A stretch of DNA of 64,000 bases. Source: a virus. Its lineage: Duplodnaviria > Caudoviricetes. The stretch covers positions 1-64,000 of IMG/VR virus record IMGVR_UViG_3300015608_002119, one strand, 5' to 3'. Positions 47,320 to 56,939 of this stretch are shown piece after piece. The position numbers were made by a program, and so were the translations under genes. The stretch's first letter is position 1; every line of letters begins with the position of its first letter. Below the pieces are notes generated by a model, which saw only the letters and a list, made by a program, of their open reading frames with translations, searched no databases and was not told the DNA's origin.

Positions 47320-47946
47320 ATGGCACTTTCAGAAGAACAGATCATTCTCAAGAACTTCGAGCAGTTCCGGGCACAGGCAGCCAAGCTAAGCGCCGACAAG
47401 CGCGGCAAGCTGATGGACTTCATCGACGCGGAAGCACAACGAATCATGCTCGCGCCAGCATCCACACGAATCGAATATACGTGTGCATATCCCGGAGGGC
47501 TTGTCGAACACTCGCTGCGTGTACTTCAAAACATGGCCAAGTTGGTTCGCGCATACGGCGTTGACGGACGCATCAGCGTGGAGTCGATCCTCACGTGCGC
47601 TCTACTACATGACATTGGCAAGGTAGGGACTATAGGCAGCAAACCCAAAGACTTCTACGTCCAGAATGATTCCCAGTGGCATCGTGAAAAACTGGGTGTG
47701 ATGTACAACATCAATGAGAAGTTTGGTCATATCCCATCGTCACAAATGTCACTCCACCTACTAGCTTCTATTGGTGTTAAGCTAGACATCGACGAGTGGT
47801 ACGCGATCTCTACGATAGGCTACGATAAAGGTCGGCCTGATCTTGGTACAGCGGGCGAACCGTGGGAAGCTGTCATTCTCCAACAGGCAGTTCGGGCCGC
47901 GTGCATGTTTGGCAGTGGTCGCACCGCAGCTTCCCAGATCGCTTGA
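47320..47946 (+). CDS. HD-domain phosphohydrolase
   Basis: APAS...AYPGGLVEHSLRV, LLHDIGK. Confidence 0.8.
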   Translation: MALSEEQIILKNFEQFRAQAAKLSADKRGKLMDFIDAEAQRIMLAPASTRIEYTCAYPGGLVEHSLRVLQNMAKLVRAYGVDGRISVESILTCALLHDIGKVGTIGSKPKDFYVQNDSQWHREKLGVMYNINEKFGHIPSSQMSLHLLASIGVKLDIDEWYAISTIGYDKGRPDLGTAGEPWEAVILQQAVRAACMFGSGRTAASQIA

Positions 47947-47976
47947 CACCGGAAATAAGGCGCAGTAACCTATTTA
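47943..47976 (+). promoter_or_regulatory. Overlapping sigma70 promoter (TTGACA-N17-TAACCT) and late box TATTTA
   Basis: Direct sequence upstream of the SSB gene. Confidence 0.65.
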
Positions 47977-48088
47977 TATCTCAAGCGAGCGAGTGACCAC
48001 CGCCGCTTGAAATGCCGTCTACAGCAGCTATAGCTCAACATAACACGGCCAATCACAACAACACAGGTCAAAGGTAAATCACATCATC

Positions 48089-48928
48089 ATGCCAACGTAT
48101 CTCGACGCAATCAAAGCAGCACTCGCAAACAAGTCCGATAAGGGAACAAACAACAACAGTGCCAATGGCACGAAGCTCGCGTACTGGAAGCCGACGCTCG
48201 GCGAGCACGACGTACGGTTTCTTCCACTGAAGACACAGACCGGCGAACCTTTCCTGGAAGTCCTTTACTATGAGGGACTTTCTGAGCGTCGCACCCCGGC
48301 ACCGTACGGGTTCGGCCTTGAAGACCCAATCAAGGAGCAGTTTGAGAAGCTGCGCAAGACCAAGGAAGGCTGGGCGGTTGCCAAGTTCCTCCAGCCCAGG
48401 AAGCGCTTCTATGGCATCGTTATTGTCCGTGGCGACGAGAACAAAGGCCCGCAAGTCTGGGAGTTCGCACAGTCAGTCCGAGACGACATCTACAAGACTC
48501 TTTGTCACAAAGACAACGTCGATGAGGACATGCTCTCGTTCGACGGCGGCTACGACTTCACGTGCTCGGTGACCCCGACAATCGATGAAAAGTCTGGCAA
48601 GGTCAAGATGTACAAGGGCAATGCCTGCAAGACCATCGACCTCAAGGCGCGGAAGAAGCCGACTCCTCTGTCTAAGAACAAGGCAGACGCAGACAAGTGG
48701 ATCGCGGCAATCCCCAACCTTGCCGAGATGTTCAAGCAGCAATGCAAGGAACCAGCCGAGCTCGTTGACATGCTGGAGAACTTCGTTGAGCGGCTGGCCA
48801 GTGGCGGGTCCACAACCGACGACAGCGAGGCTGGCACAGACCATACTGCAAGCCGGTCCGGTCCGGACACCAAGACCGCTACCGAGGCCGGTTTGAACGA
48901 CGCGTTCGCTGGCCTGATCAACGGCTGA
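48089..48928 (+). CDS. ssDNA-binding protein (T4 gp32-like)
   Basis: YWKP..G...VRFLP, DPI, VIVRG.E..G.QVW.F, GYDF, LNDAFAGL tail. Confidence 0.75.
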   Translation: MPTYLDAIKAALANKSDKGTNNNSANGTKLAYWKPTLGEHDVRFLPLKTQTGEPFLEVLYYEGLSERRTPAPYGFGLEDPIKEQFEKLRKTKEGWAVAKFLQPRKRFYGIVIVRGDENKGPQVWEFAQSVRDDIYKTLCHKDNVDEDMLSFDGGYDFTCSVTPTIDEKSGKVKMYKGNACKTIDLKARKKPTPLSKNKADADKWIAAIPNLAEMFKQQCKEPAELVDMLENFVERLASGGSTTDDSEAGTDHTASRSGPDTKTATEAGLNDAFAGLING

Positions 48929-48959
48929 GCAAACACACACCAACACAACCCAAGCAGGC

Positions 48960-49004
48960 GAAAGGGGAAGAACAAGTTTGGCTGTTCTTCCCCTTTCCTT
49001 TTGT
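48960..49004 (+). terminator. Intrinsic terminator
   Basis: 15-bp stem GAAAGGGGAAGAACA/TGTTCTTCCCCTTTC followed by T-run. Confidence 0.8.
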
Positions 49005-49029
49005 TCATCATCACTAACAAGTCATCGCG

Positions 49030-49170
49030 GTGAAACACCAACCAATCATACCCGAAGAGGTTTGGGTCGTGTTGTGGATCATGCTTGTCGTGTTAGCATT
49101 GACGATAGGCTTGGCCGCAGCCAAGAACGCGCCGCTGATCTTCATCGAAGTTGGAAGACTTGAGGCTTGA
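49030..49170 (+). CDS. Small membrane protein (46 aa), absent from ORF track
   Basis: GTG start; VWVVLWIMLVVLALTIGLAAA. Confidence 0.45.
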   Translation: MKHQPIIPEEVWVVLWIMLVVLALTIGLAAAKNAPLIFIEVGRLEA

Positions 49171-49250
49171 TTGTCGATAAACTGTAGGCTATCATCGCTT
49201 AAGCGACAAAGAGCACACGCTCTCTTATCGCCGGATGACACAACACAGCC

Positions 49251-50564
49251 ATGGCAAAACCACAACAACCACAAGCACAGTCAAAAGCAACAGCAGTAGT
49301 GACCAACAGCAAGCCTCAAGCTGCGGCGACAAAAAAGCCGGTATATACACACGATGATGCGGGGGAAGACGACTTCGTCAAAGACCTGATCAAGCAAACC
49401 AACAAGGAGTCTGGGTCCCGGATTGCGTTCAACCTGTCCGAAGACGATGCGCCAACAAACGTCAAGCGCTGGATCGGGACTGGTTCGCGGCAGCTCGACT
49501 ACATCATTGCCAACAGGCGTGGTGGTGGCCTGCCAGAAGGCAGGATTATAGAAGTCCAAGGGCCTCCAAGCGTTGGTAAAACGCACTTGGCATACGAAAT
49601 GTGCAAGGCCACCCAGCAACTTGGTGGGATTGTCGTATACGTCGATACGGAAAACGCAACGTCCGTTGACAACCTTCACGGGCTTGGAATTGACATTCGA
49701 CGAAGGTTCATGTTTGTCCAAGAAACGTGCATGGAAGAGATCTTCAAGGTTATAGAGAGCACGATCGAGAAGGCTAGAAACCTTAAGTCAGACATTCCGG
49801 TTCTGATCGTTTGGGACTCTATTGCTGCTAGTGCTCCGAAGGCTGAGATCGAAGGTGATTATGACCAGAACACGATCGGTCTTGCAGCAAGGGTGCTTAG
49901 CAAGGGATTCCGAAAGATTACACACGTAATTGGTGATAAAAACATATGTTTGGTGTTGTTAAATCAACAAAGAACTAAAATAGGTGTGATGTACGGAGAC
50001 CCGCTGACGACTTCCGGGGGCATGGCAATCCCGTATCACGCGTCAGTGAGGCTTAAAATAACTGGCGGTCAGCAACTCAAGAAAACCATTAACGGCAAGG
50101 AAGCCGTAATTGGCATCGAGGTGGAAGTGAAGACCATCAAGAACAAGGTCGCCCGACCATGGAGACAGATTGGTTTTGAGATCCACTTCGGCAAAGGCAT
50201 TTACGAGGACGAGCATGTCCTCACAGAGATTGCCCGTTATTGCCGCGAGTCTAAAGATCCAGTGCTAGCTGGTAAAGACAACAGTCGTCGCGTCTCACTT
50301 GAGACCGGCGCATGGAACACGTTCACCATTGCGGATAACAGCACGGGCGAAGTGATCGAGGAAGTGAAGTTCCGCAAATCTGACTTTGGCTCCGAGGTGT
50401 TGCGTAATCCGAAATACTCCGAGTACGTTGACGCGTTGTTTGATGCGTGCTACATCATGCGCTCGGATACACACGCGACCGTCACCGGGGTCGATACTGA
50501 GTCAGCTACCGAGCTTGAAGCCGCCAGACTGGAGGCCGGTGGCAAGCAGCTCTTGAACGACTGA
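49251..50564 (+). CDS. recA: RecA/UvsX recombinase
   Basis: GGLPEGRIIEV.GPPSVGKT, DTENA, WDSIAA, NQ.R.KIGVMYGDP.TTSGG, KNKVA.P. Confidence 0.93.
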   Translation: MAKPQQPQAQSKATAVVTNSKPQAAATKKPVYTHDDAGEDDFVKDLIKQTNKESGSRIAFNLSEDDAPTNVKRWIGTGSRQLDYIIANRRGGGLPEGRIIEVQGPPSVGKTHLAYEMCKATQQLGGIVVYVDTENATSVDNLHGLGIDIRRRFMFVQETCMEEIFKVIESTIEKARNLKSDIPVLIVWDSIAASAPKAEIEGDYDQNTIGLAARVLSKGFRKITHVIGDKNICLVLLNQQRTKIGVMYGDPLTTSGGMAIPYHASVRLKITGGQQLKKTINGKEAVIGIEVEVKTIKNKVARPWRQIGFEIHFGKGIYEDEHVLTEIARYCRESKDPVLAGKDNSRRVSLETGAWNTFTIADNSTGEVIEEVKFRKSDFGSEVLRNPKYSEYVDALFDACYIMRSDTHATVTGVDTESATELEAARLEAGGKQLLND

Positions 50565-50635
50565 CGCGCTCATTATCGTGGCTTGACTTTATCTCGCCAT
50601 TGTGGCATCATGCACAATACCACAGGGACAATGTC

Positions 50636-51274
50636 ATGAAAACGCCTCCAACAGCCTTAGCACGTGTTAATAAATCACCACAGCCAATTCTTCACACCGG
50701 CCAGGAACAACCGGCTGTCACAATACCAGACCAGCCACACGTAGGGGCCTGGGCACACGATATTCGCGCTTGTTGTCCTTACCCATCCGAGAACGTACGT
50801 GAGCACGTGTTTGTGTATGGAACGCTGAAAAGCGGCTTCCGTAACAATCACGTGTTCATGCGTGACGATTCTGAGCTTATCTCCCATGCTGCATACACAC
50901 TCAACGCGGCCTATGAGCTTGTTGGGATCGGGTCGTCATATGCGGCGATGCTGACCGGCGGTCAATTTCGGATCAAGGGCGAGCTGTACGCGGTCGGCCC
51001 AGAAACAATGGCACGTATCGACCTTTTGGAAGGCAACGGCGTAATGTATACGCGCGTTCGTGTACCGGTGCTTGTTTTGGCGAACGGCCTCGCACAAGAC
51101 CGGACCGTCGACGCATGGGCATATGTCATGGATCGAGAACTTAGTGAAGGTATGTGCAACGACAAACGGTCTGCAACACACATGCCAGATGGCCCATGCG
51201 TGGTCCGCGTAATTGGCTTGACATCCACCCAGGAGTGGGTTAAGCTGTCTGCTGTCTCTGAGCGCTACCACTGA
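50636..51274 (+). CDS. Gamma-glutamylcyclotransferase (AIG2-like)
   Basis: VFVYGTLKSG..N, GELY.V, IDLLEG..Y.R, AWAY. Confidence 0.85.
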   Translation: MKTPPTALARVNKSPQPILHTGQEQPAVTIPDQPHVGAWAHDIRACCPYPSENVREHVFVYGTLKSGFRNNHVFMRDDSELISHAAYTLNAAYELVGIGSSYAAMLTGGQFRIKGELYAVGPETMARIDLLEGNGVMYTRVRVPVLVLANGLAQDRTVDAWAYVMDRELSEGMCNDKRSATHMPDGPCVVRVIGLTSTQEWVKLSAVSERYH

Positions 51275-51327
51275 CACGGCATAGTTACACACTAGCAAAC
51301 ACCTGGAAACACGAGAGACAAAGTATT

Positions 51328-52620
51328 ATGGGCGACCTTCGTAACAAGATCCGCAGCATGGTTCGTAATGAGTTCGCCCGACGCCTCGTTGGCGAGGCTT
51401 ACGAGCAGCAGAACGCCGATACCGCCGATGCCACCAAGGCGTACCGCGCATCAAACTACGACCTGACGTGGTCCGGCCTCCCGGAAGGCGGTATCGACAA
51501 GAAGAAGCCCGACGCCCCCAGCCCGGAAGCGACGAAGACCGACTTCGTCCGGTGGTTTCTGAAGACGTACGTCAACGCGGCGAACTCCACCCTGAACCTC
51601 ACACCCGAGCAGCGAGACCGGGTCATGGCTGTTCTGGGTCCCGTCAAGGATGACCCGGACCAGTTCGTCGAGATGATCAACAAGGAGCGCGAGCTCGTGT
51701 TCGGCGCGTCGAACTACCGGTCGGATCCTGACCCGGTATACAAGCTGCTCCAGGCATATACTGGCGCCAAGTCGATGATCCCGCGGATTCACGGGTCTTC
51801 TGATGACCTGGACAAGCTCGTTCCGGATGACGGTACAGACGCGGACAAGCGCAAGTACAACGTGGCCAAGGATGGGGAAGAGAAGCAGACTGGCATTCTG
51901 GACATGTTCGCCAGTGACCCGACCGAGTCGGGCACGAAGGAGCGCGTTCGTCAGCGGCTCAACGCGGCCATGGAGCACCTCGGAGGTGAGGACGTTATCC
52001 ATCTTCTGAAGTTCCTCAAGGACCCGAACACGTCCAAGGGAGTTCGCGAAGATGTCCTTAATGACCTGGAGGAGCTTGGCATCGTGATCGGCGAAGCCAT
52101 GGAGCAGTACACGGACCTTTTTGTCCGGGCCATGGTCCCTGCGTTCCGGGGTGTTACCTCGGTTGACGACGATGCTGCCCTCAAGTCGGCATTCGCAAAG
52201 GGCCTCGTAGCCTTCCAGAGCCAGCTGGAGGAGCATGGTGTGGCGAGGATGGGCTCGCAGGAGATCGACGTGTTCAGCGAGGTATTCAACGAGGACGTCG
52301 GCGAAGGCAAGACTGTTCTGGATCTTGTCCTCGCGGCTAGCAAGAACCCCGGAAGTGCTGACGTGTACATGGACGAGATCAAGGCCGCAGCGCTCGACGT
52401 GTTCCGTACGGAGTACGCCGACCGCCAGACCAACTTCAACACCATGGGCGACTTCGTCGATGCGAATGCCGAGGTCAAGCGGCTCAGGCAAGAGGTCTAT
52501 GGCACGGTGGCCCGCCGTGGTCGTCCAGCCGCGTCGCCCGGTGAGATCGGCGGTCCTGCGCCCGCAGCCCCGGCTGCCGACGTTAAGCGGCCTCGTGGGC
52601 GCCCGCCCAAGGCACGCTGA
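51328..52620 (+). CDS. Acidic protein with C-terminal AT-hooks; putative abundant head-internal DNA-binding protein
   Basis: RRGRP and KRPRGRPPK; leader LVGEA; TAGTTA at 51282; high GC3. Confidence 0.65.
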   Translation: MGDLRNKIRSMVRNEFARRLVGEAYEQQNADTADATKAYRASNYDLTWSGLPEGGIDKKKPDAPSPEATKTDFVRWFLKTYVNAANSTLNLTPEQRDRVMAVLGPVKDDPDQFVEMINKERELVFGASNYRSDPDPVYKLLQAYTGAKSMIPRIHGSSDDLDKLVPDDGTDADKRKYNVAKDGEEKQTGILDMFASDPTESGTKERVRQRLNAAMEHLGGEDVIHLLKFLKDPNTSKGVREDVLNDLEELGIVIGEAMEQYTDLFVRAMVPAFRGVTSVDDDAALKSAFAKGLVAFQSQLEEHGVARMGSQEIDVFSEVFNEDVGEGKTVLDLVLAASKNPGSADVYMDEIKAAALDVFRTEYADRQTNFNTMGDFVDANAEVKRLRQEVYGTVARRGRPAASPGEIGGPAPAAPAADVKRPRGRPPKAR

Positions 52621-52637
52621 CGCCGCAGTACGGTCAC

Positions 52638-52991
52638 ATGATACTGCCACCACCTTTCCTCAGTTTTCTCTCCAATCACAACATTATCAACCACCACCAA
52701 ACCACAAATGATGGCACCGTGATCCACACAGTCAATGGCAATCGTGGCGGTGAATATGTTGTGTCGCTGAGCTGCGACAACAGTTGTCAAATGGAGCTAG
52801 CATGCGACGTGATGGCCGCTAGTCATGCGTACGGCCTCAGCCTCATTGTCAGGCCGGAGAAATCCAAGCTGGTCGTGCGCGTTGAATATGGCTCTGTTGA
52901 CATGGCAGCCGAGGCCGAGAGCTTGGCACACTGGCTTGTTGCCAAGTACGGCCATGACAAAGGTGGCGGCACCGTCGACGAGGCTAGTTAA
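52638..52991 (+). CDS. Hypothetical protein (start uncertain)
   Basis: ORF fills the gap. Confidence 0.4.
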   Translation: MILPPPFLSFLSNHNIINHHQTTNDGTVIHTVNGNRGGEYVVSLSCDNSCQMELACDVMAASHAYGLSLIVRPEKSKLVVRVEYGSVDMAAEAESLAHWLVAKYGHDKGGGTVDEAS

Positions 52992-53001
52992 CTCCGACAC
53001 C

Positions 53002-53472
53002 ATGAGCACTGCCTCACCAACACTAAAGACAAAGCTACTTGCCGCGGCTCTCCTTCGCGGAGCACGAGTCCTTAAAGAGCAACAGGAGCAGGCGCCAATG
53101 GCGGCACCTCCTGTAACCACCCCAGCGACCCCCGACCAGACAGCGCAACAGCAACCGCCAGAGGCACAACCACAAGCGCCCGCAACCGGCCCTGCTATCG
53201 ATCAGGTTATTGCAAAACTCAATGACATTCGTGCCGGTAAGTCATTTGAGGACCCAAACACGTATGCGAAGCTATCGGCGGTTTACAACGGCATGGCCGA
53301 ACAAACCAAGGCCGTGCTCGACAAGGCGCTCGGAGATGTTGCAATGGCCGTGCAACCGCAGCCACCACCTCAGGCAGCACCGCCCCAGCCACCGCAGCAG
53401 CCACCAGCGCCACCAGCGCCAGCGGCCACACCACAGCAACAACAACAACCAGCGCCCGCAGCGGCGGTGTAA
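53002..53472 (+). CDS. Pro/Gln-rich putative head protein
   Basis: TAGTTA at 52985; VLKEQ; core KLNDIRAGKSF. Confidence 0.6.
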   Translation: MSTASPTLKTKLLAAALLRGARVLKEQQEQAPMAAPPVTTPATPDQTAQQQPPEAQPQAPATGPAIDQVIAKLNDIRAGKSFEDPNTYAKLSAVYNGMAEQTKAVLDKALGDVAMAVQPQPPPQAAPPQPPQQPPAPPAPAATPQQQQQPAPAAAV

Positions 53473-53807
53473 TGATCGACCAGCTCGCCATGAACCACCA
53501 GCACCCATCAAACGAAGAAGACAGGCAGCTGCCTGTTCTGCTCAGAGAAGTTCTTGGTTTGGCGGTAGTGAGCGAGTCGCGTACATGGAACTTCCGGCAG
53601 TCGCATCTGAATATGGACTCCAGGGCCAAACCGGTACGAATCGATTCGGCTAGGCATAAGAGGCTGCTCAAACAGACCATCGATCATCTGATGGCGCTCA
53701 AGAACGCATACCCAAACGGGTCGGCCAATCGTCATGTTATATCTCAGGCTTGTACGCGTCTCAAGCGTGTTTTAGCAAGGTTCGAGTCGGTTGGCGAGCT
53801 TGACTGA
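53472..53807 (+). CDS. Hypothetical protein
   Basis: TAATG coupling; LLRE motif. Confidence 0.55.
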   Translation: MIDQLAMNHQHPSNEEDRQLPVLLREVLGLAVVSESRTWNFRQSHLNMDSRAKPVRIDSARHKRLLKQTIDHLMALKNAYPNGSANRHVISQACTRLKRVLARFESVGELD

Positions 53808-53901
53808 GCATTAAGCGTAGTATATCGTGTCCGAATGGCGGTATGAGTGGCGATCGATCGATCGTTGCTGACCGCCAAAACAACGAAAGCACTACACGCA
53901 T

Positions 53902-54243
53902 ATGTCAACACCGAAACAATCTATCAGCCTTACAACAGCCGCGGCGTCATCGATCGGAGCATTGATGGTCCTGTGGATCATTATGGCTCTCATGTTTGGT
54001 GTGCGCGACACCAGCGTTGGTACGCTTGTACAAACAGACGCAGCAGTGGACGTTGCTGCAACAACATTGCTGGCCGATAGCGGCATGCAGACGGTCGACG
54101 CCGCAACCGATACCTCCGAGGTAGAACCAGTAGAGACCTCTGTAACGGTCACAGCCAGGACAGTTTTGTTCTCGGCCGACGTACCACTGGCCGGTGACGA
54201 TGCCGATGATGTACCTCCGGAGGAGCGCGGCTGCTCGCACTGA
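53902..54243 (+). CDS. Single-pass membrane protein
   Basis: IGALMVLWIIMALMFGV; acidic tail. Confidence 0.55.
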   Translation: MSTPKQSISLTTAAASSIGALMVLWIIMALMFGVRDTSVGTLVQTDAAVDVAATTLLADSGMQTVDAATDTSEVEPVETSVTVTARTVLFSADVPLAGDDADDVPPEERGCSH

Positions 54244-54452
54244 TAACAAACAGCAGAAAATTAATCACAATATAACTTTCTCTAATGCCAGTTGGCTTGA
54301 ACCAAGTTGTAAACCAGACAAACATACATCTGCCAAGCAGCTCAGCACACCAGTAGCTGCAAACCATTGCAAACAACAACCATCAATAACAGCTTGGTCA
54401 TGGCACGAGAAGAACATTCAACCACAAAGCCAAGAAAGACCAAGTTAAACCA

Positions 54453-54890
54453 ATGTTTCTGTTTCGTCTGTTCCAAACAATCACGCTGATCATTCTAGGA
54501 CTCTGCCGCGGTCTTACCAGGGATCAAGCAGAGCTGATGGCACACGTTATCAGCGACACATCGATCACACACGAGCAAGCGGCGATGTTGATCACGGTCT
54601 CATATTATGAAACCGGCTTTCGTACCAGCGGCGGTGTGGTGCCGTTTGGTGTGACATCAATACGAAGCGTGTGCCGACCACAAGGCAGTCTGGATGAGTG
54701 TGCTAGCGCGTCTTTGGCCATCTTGAACAGGGCACGACGATGCTCGTCAGACATGGAACGCGTGTTTGGGTTTTACCACACGGGCCGCTGTGTGGCCGAC
54801 GAGTACAGCATACGCCAAGCGTCGACATACCGGCTTGTCGTCCGTACTCTCAACAGTTCTATCCCATCGATCACCGACGGTCTGCTCTGA
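54453..54890 (+). CDS. Secreted lysozyme/transglycosylase-like protein
   Basis: Signal-like N-terminus, SYYETGF, YHTGRC. Confidence 0.45.
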   Translation: MFLFRLFQTITLIILGLCRGLTRDQAELMAHVISDTSITHEQAAMLITVSYYETGFRTSGGVVPFGVTSIRSVCRPQGSLDECASASLAILNRARRCSSDMERVFGFYHTGRCVADEYSIRQASTYRLVVRTLNSSIPSITDGLL

Positions 54891-54943
54891 ATCACGTAAT
54901 CGGCTTGACTCCGGCCTGACAGGCTGTTATCGTGGCGCTCACG

Positions 54944-56044
54944 ATGAGCAAGGTGTTGGTTGGAATGTCTGGCGGGGTTGACTCCGCCGTTGCGGCTGCA
55001 ATTCTTAAGAGTGAAGGTCATGAGGTTGTCGGCCTGACCCTCAAGCTGCTCGAATACTCTTGCGACGACAGCCCAGGTTGCTGTACGGCGTCTGATATTA
55101 TCGACGCTACACGTGCATGTGACTCGATCGGCATCGAGCATGTCGTGATATCGCGAAAGGTCGCGTTCAAGTCGCAGGTGATCGACCCGTTTCTAGAGCT
55201 GCACAAGCAAGGCGTATATACGAACCCGTGCGTCACATGCAACACGCACGTAAAGGTTCCGCAGCTTATCGACATCGCAGACCACATGGGGTTTGATTTC
55301 ATTGCGACCGGCCATTATGCGAACCGGTCTGCATGTGGGAATTATATCGTACGTGGAAATGACCGGTCCAAGGACCAGAGCTACTTCCTCTGGGACCTGC
55401 CGCCCTCAGCGATCGGGCGCCTCTTGCTGCCGCTTGGTACCTACACCAAGGCCGAGACACGCAAGCTGGCCAAGAGCTTTGCACTGAAGGTTGCGACCAA
55501 GAAGGACTCTACGGACTTGTGCTTCCTTGAAGGGAAGTCGAAGAGGGAGTTTCTCACAAAGCATGGTGTTGGCACTGAGGCCGGTAACGTCGTTGACTCG
55601 GCTACCGGGGCTGTTCTTGGTACCCATAACGGTTTGGCTAGGTTTTCACCGGGCCAGCGTTACGGTGTCGATACCAAGACCGGCAAGCCGCGGTACGTTC
55701 TAAACGTGCTCCCAAGCTCAAACACCGTCCAACTTGGACCGATCGAAGAGACATTTACGAGTTCGGTTCGGGTACAGGGCCTGCGCATTCGGTGCCCAGA
55801 CCGGTCTCTCAACGGTATGCCACTGACAGCCGTGTGTCGATACTCAAGCAAGCAAAGCCCCGTACCGGTTATCGAAATCAGCGGGGTAACCATGCTAGAG
55901 CTCGATGATGGCGATGACGGTCCTGAGTTTCTTCCGACGGTCATGTTCGACCGGCCAATCAATGGCGTCGCAAACGGACAGTCGATCGTTCTGTACGACG
56001 AGACCGATGGCGCTGTCGTCGGTGGTGGCACGATCGTTGCCTAA
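54944..56044 (+). CDS. mnmA: tRNA 2-thiouridylase MnmA
   Basis: SGGVDS, NPCVTCN, ATGHYA, KDQSYFL, KKDS.DLCF, GQR, GQS.VLY...GGG. Confidence 0.93.
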   Translation: MSKVLVGMSGGVDSAVAAAILKSEGHEVVGLTLKLLEYSCDDSPGCCTASDIIDATRACDSIGIEHVVISRKVAFKSQVIDPFLELHKQGVYTNPCVTCNTHVKVPQLIDIADHMGFDFIATGHYANRSACGNYIVRGNDRSKDQSYFLWDLPPSAIGRLLLPLGTYTKAETRKLAKSFALKVATKKDSTDLCFLEGKSKREFLTKHGVGTEAGNVVDSATGAVLGTHNGLARFSPGQRYGVDTKTGKPRYVLNVLPSSNTVQLGPIEETFTSSVRVQGLRIRCPDRSLNGMPLTAVCRYSSKQSPVPVIEISGVTMLELDDGDDGPEFLPTVMFDRPINGVANGQSIVLYDETDGAVVGGGTIVA

Positions 56045-56092
56045 CGATTTAATCCCTTGACTCTCACAGGACGAGCTGGTAACGTGCAGGCT

Positions 56093-56347
56093 ATGAGTAG
56101 TGACGCCAGCAGAAAGACCACAACCATCTGTCTGTTTCAGGACATGGTCGTGAAGTGTGGTTATTACCCAGTAGCCATCGAGGGCGTGAAGCCCTCGCTC
56201 TCACTCCAAAGCGTAGAAAGCGGCGATTTTCTGCGATGCCACTTCGACACCGAGAACCCCGGTGATCGCGAGGCCCTGCGAAGGCTTAGCGCCCAGCTGG
56301 CCGAGATTGTTCGCGACATCAACAATACGTACGGCGAGAGGGAGTAG
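56093..56347 (+). CDS. Hypothetical early protein
   Basis: TTGACT-N17-TAACGT promoter at 56057-56085. Confidence 0.55.
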   Translation: MSSDASRKTTTICLFQDMVVKCGYYPVAIEGVKPSLSLQSVESGDFLRCHFDTENPGDREALRRLSAQLAEIVRDINNTYGERE

Positions 56348-56356
56348 GGTATCACA

Positions 56357-56569
56357 ATGGCTCGTTCTGAACGTTCGCACACGCCTGTCAAGGTCCGGGA
56401 TTGGGTTGCTGTCGCTGCGCACTTTCGCAGCTCGGCTGGCCCGATGCGCCACCGATGCGTCGAGCGCGGCGGTGCAAGGAACGCAATGCCCGGTATGATG
56501 TTCGAGTACCTCGACGAGCTTGATGACATCGATGAGCCAACCGCGGTCGAGCTCACATCCTCTGTCTGA
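56357..56569 (+). CDS. Hypothetical protein
   Basis: GGAG upstream. Confidence 0.5.
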   Translation: MARSERSHTPVKVRDWVAVAAHFRSSAGPMRHRCVERGGARNAMPGMMFEYLDELDDIDEPTAVELTSSV

Positions 56570-56600
56570 TCGCGAACAGAGACAAGAAACAACAGCAACA

Positions 56601-56933
56601 ATGTCAAACAACAACATGTCCAGCAACGGTCCATCGTCCAAGGCGCGCAAGGCGCGCAAGTCACAGTTCAAGCCAGGAATGACTGTCGTGGTAAATGGCA
56701 GTCGCGGCTCTGATCGGATGCTGATGAAGGCCGAAACCCCAGAGTCGCTGGTCGTGCAATTGCTTGCACGGGAAAACAACCCGGACATTACTGACGTTCA
56801 ACAGTTCATGGCCAGAACTGCCGTAGAGGTCAAGTCCGTGGTTGGCGCGGATGTTCTGCCAACTCATTCTGCGGCTTCTTTTGTTGAGGGCCTGTTCAGG
56901 CTATCAATCATCGAAGAGGCAGTGCTCAACTAG
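56601..56933 (+). CDS. Hypothetical protein
   Basis: A/C-rich leader. Confidence 0.5.
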   Translation: MSNNNMSSNGPSSKARKARKSQFKPGMTVVVNGSRGSDRMLMKAETPESLVVQLLARENNPDITDVQQFMARTAVEVKSVVGADVLPTHSAASFVEGLFRLSIIEEAVLN

Positions 56934-56939
56934 CAAGCA

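Noticed and set aside
53090-53470. CCA/GCA/CAG-rich quasi-repeats
   Set aside because: Explained by Pro/Gln/Ala low-complexity coding
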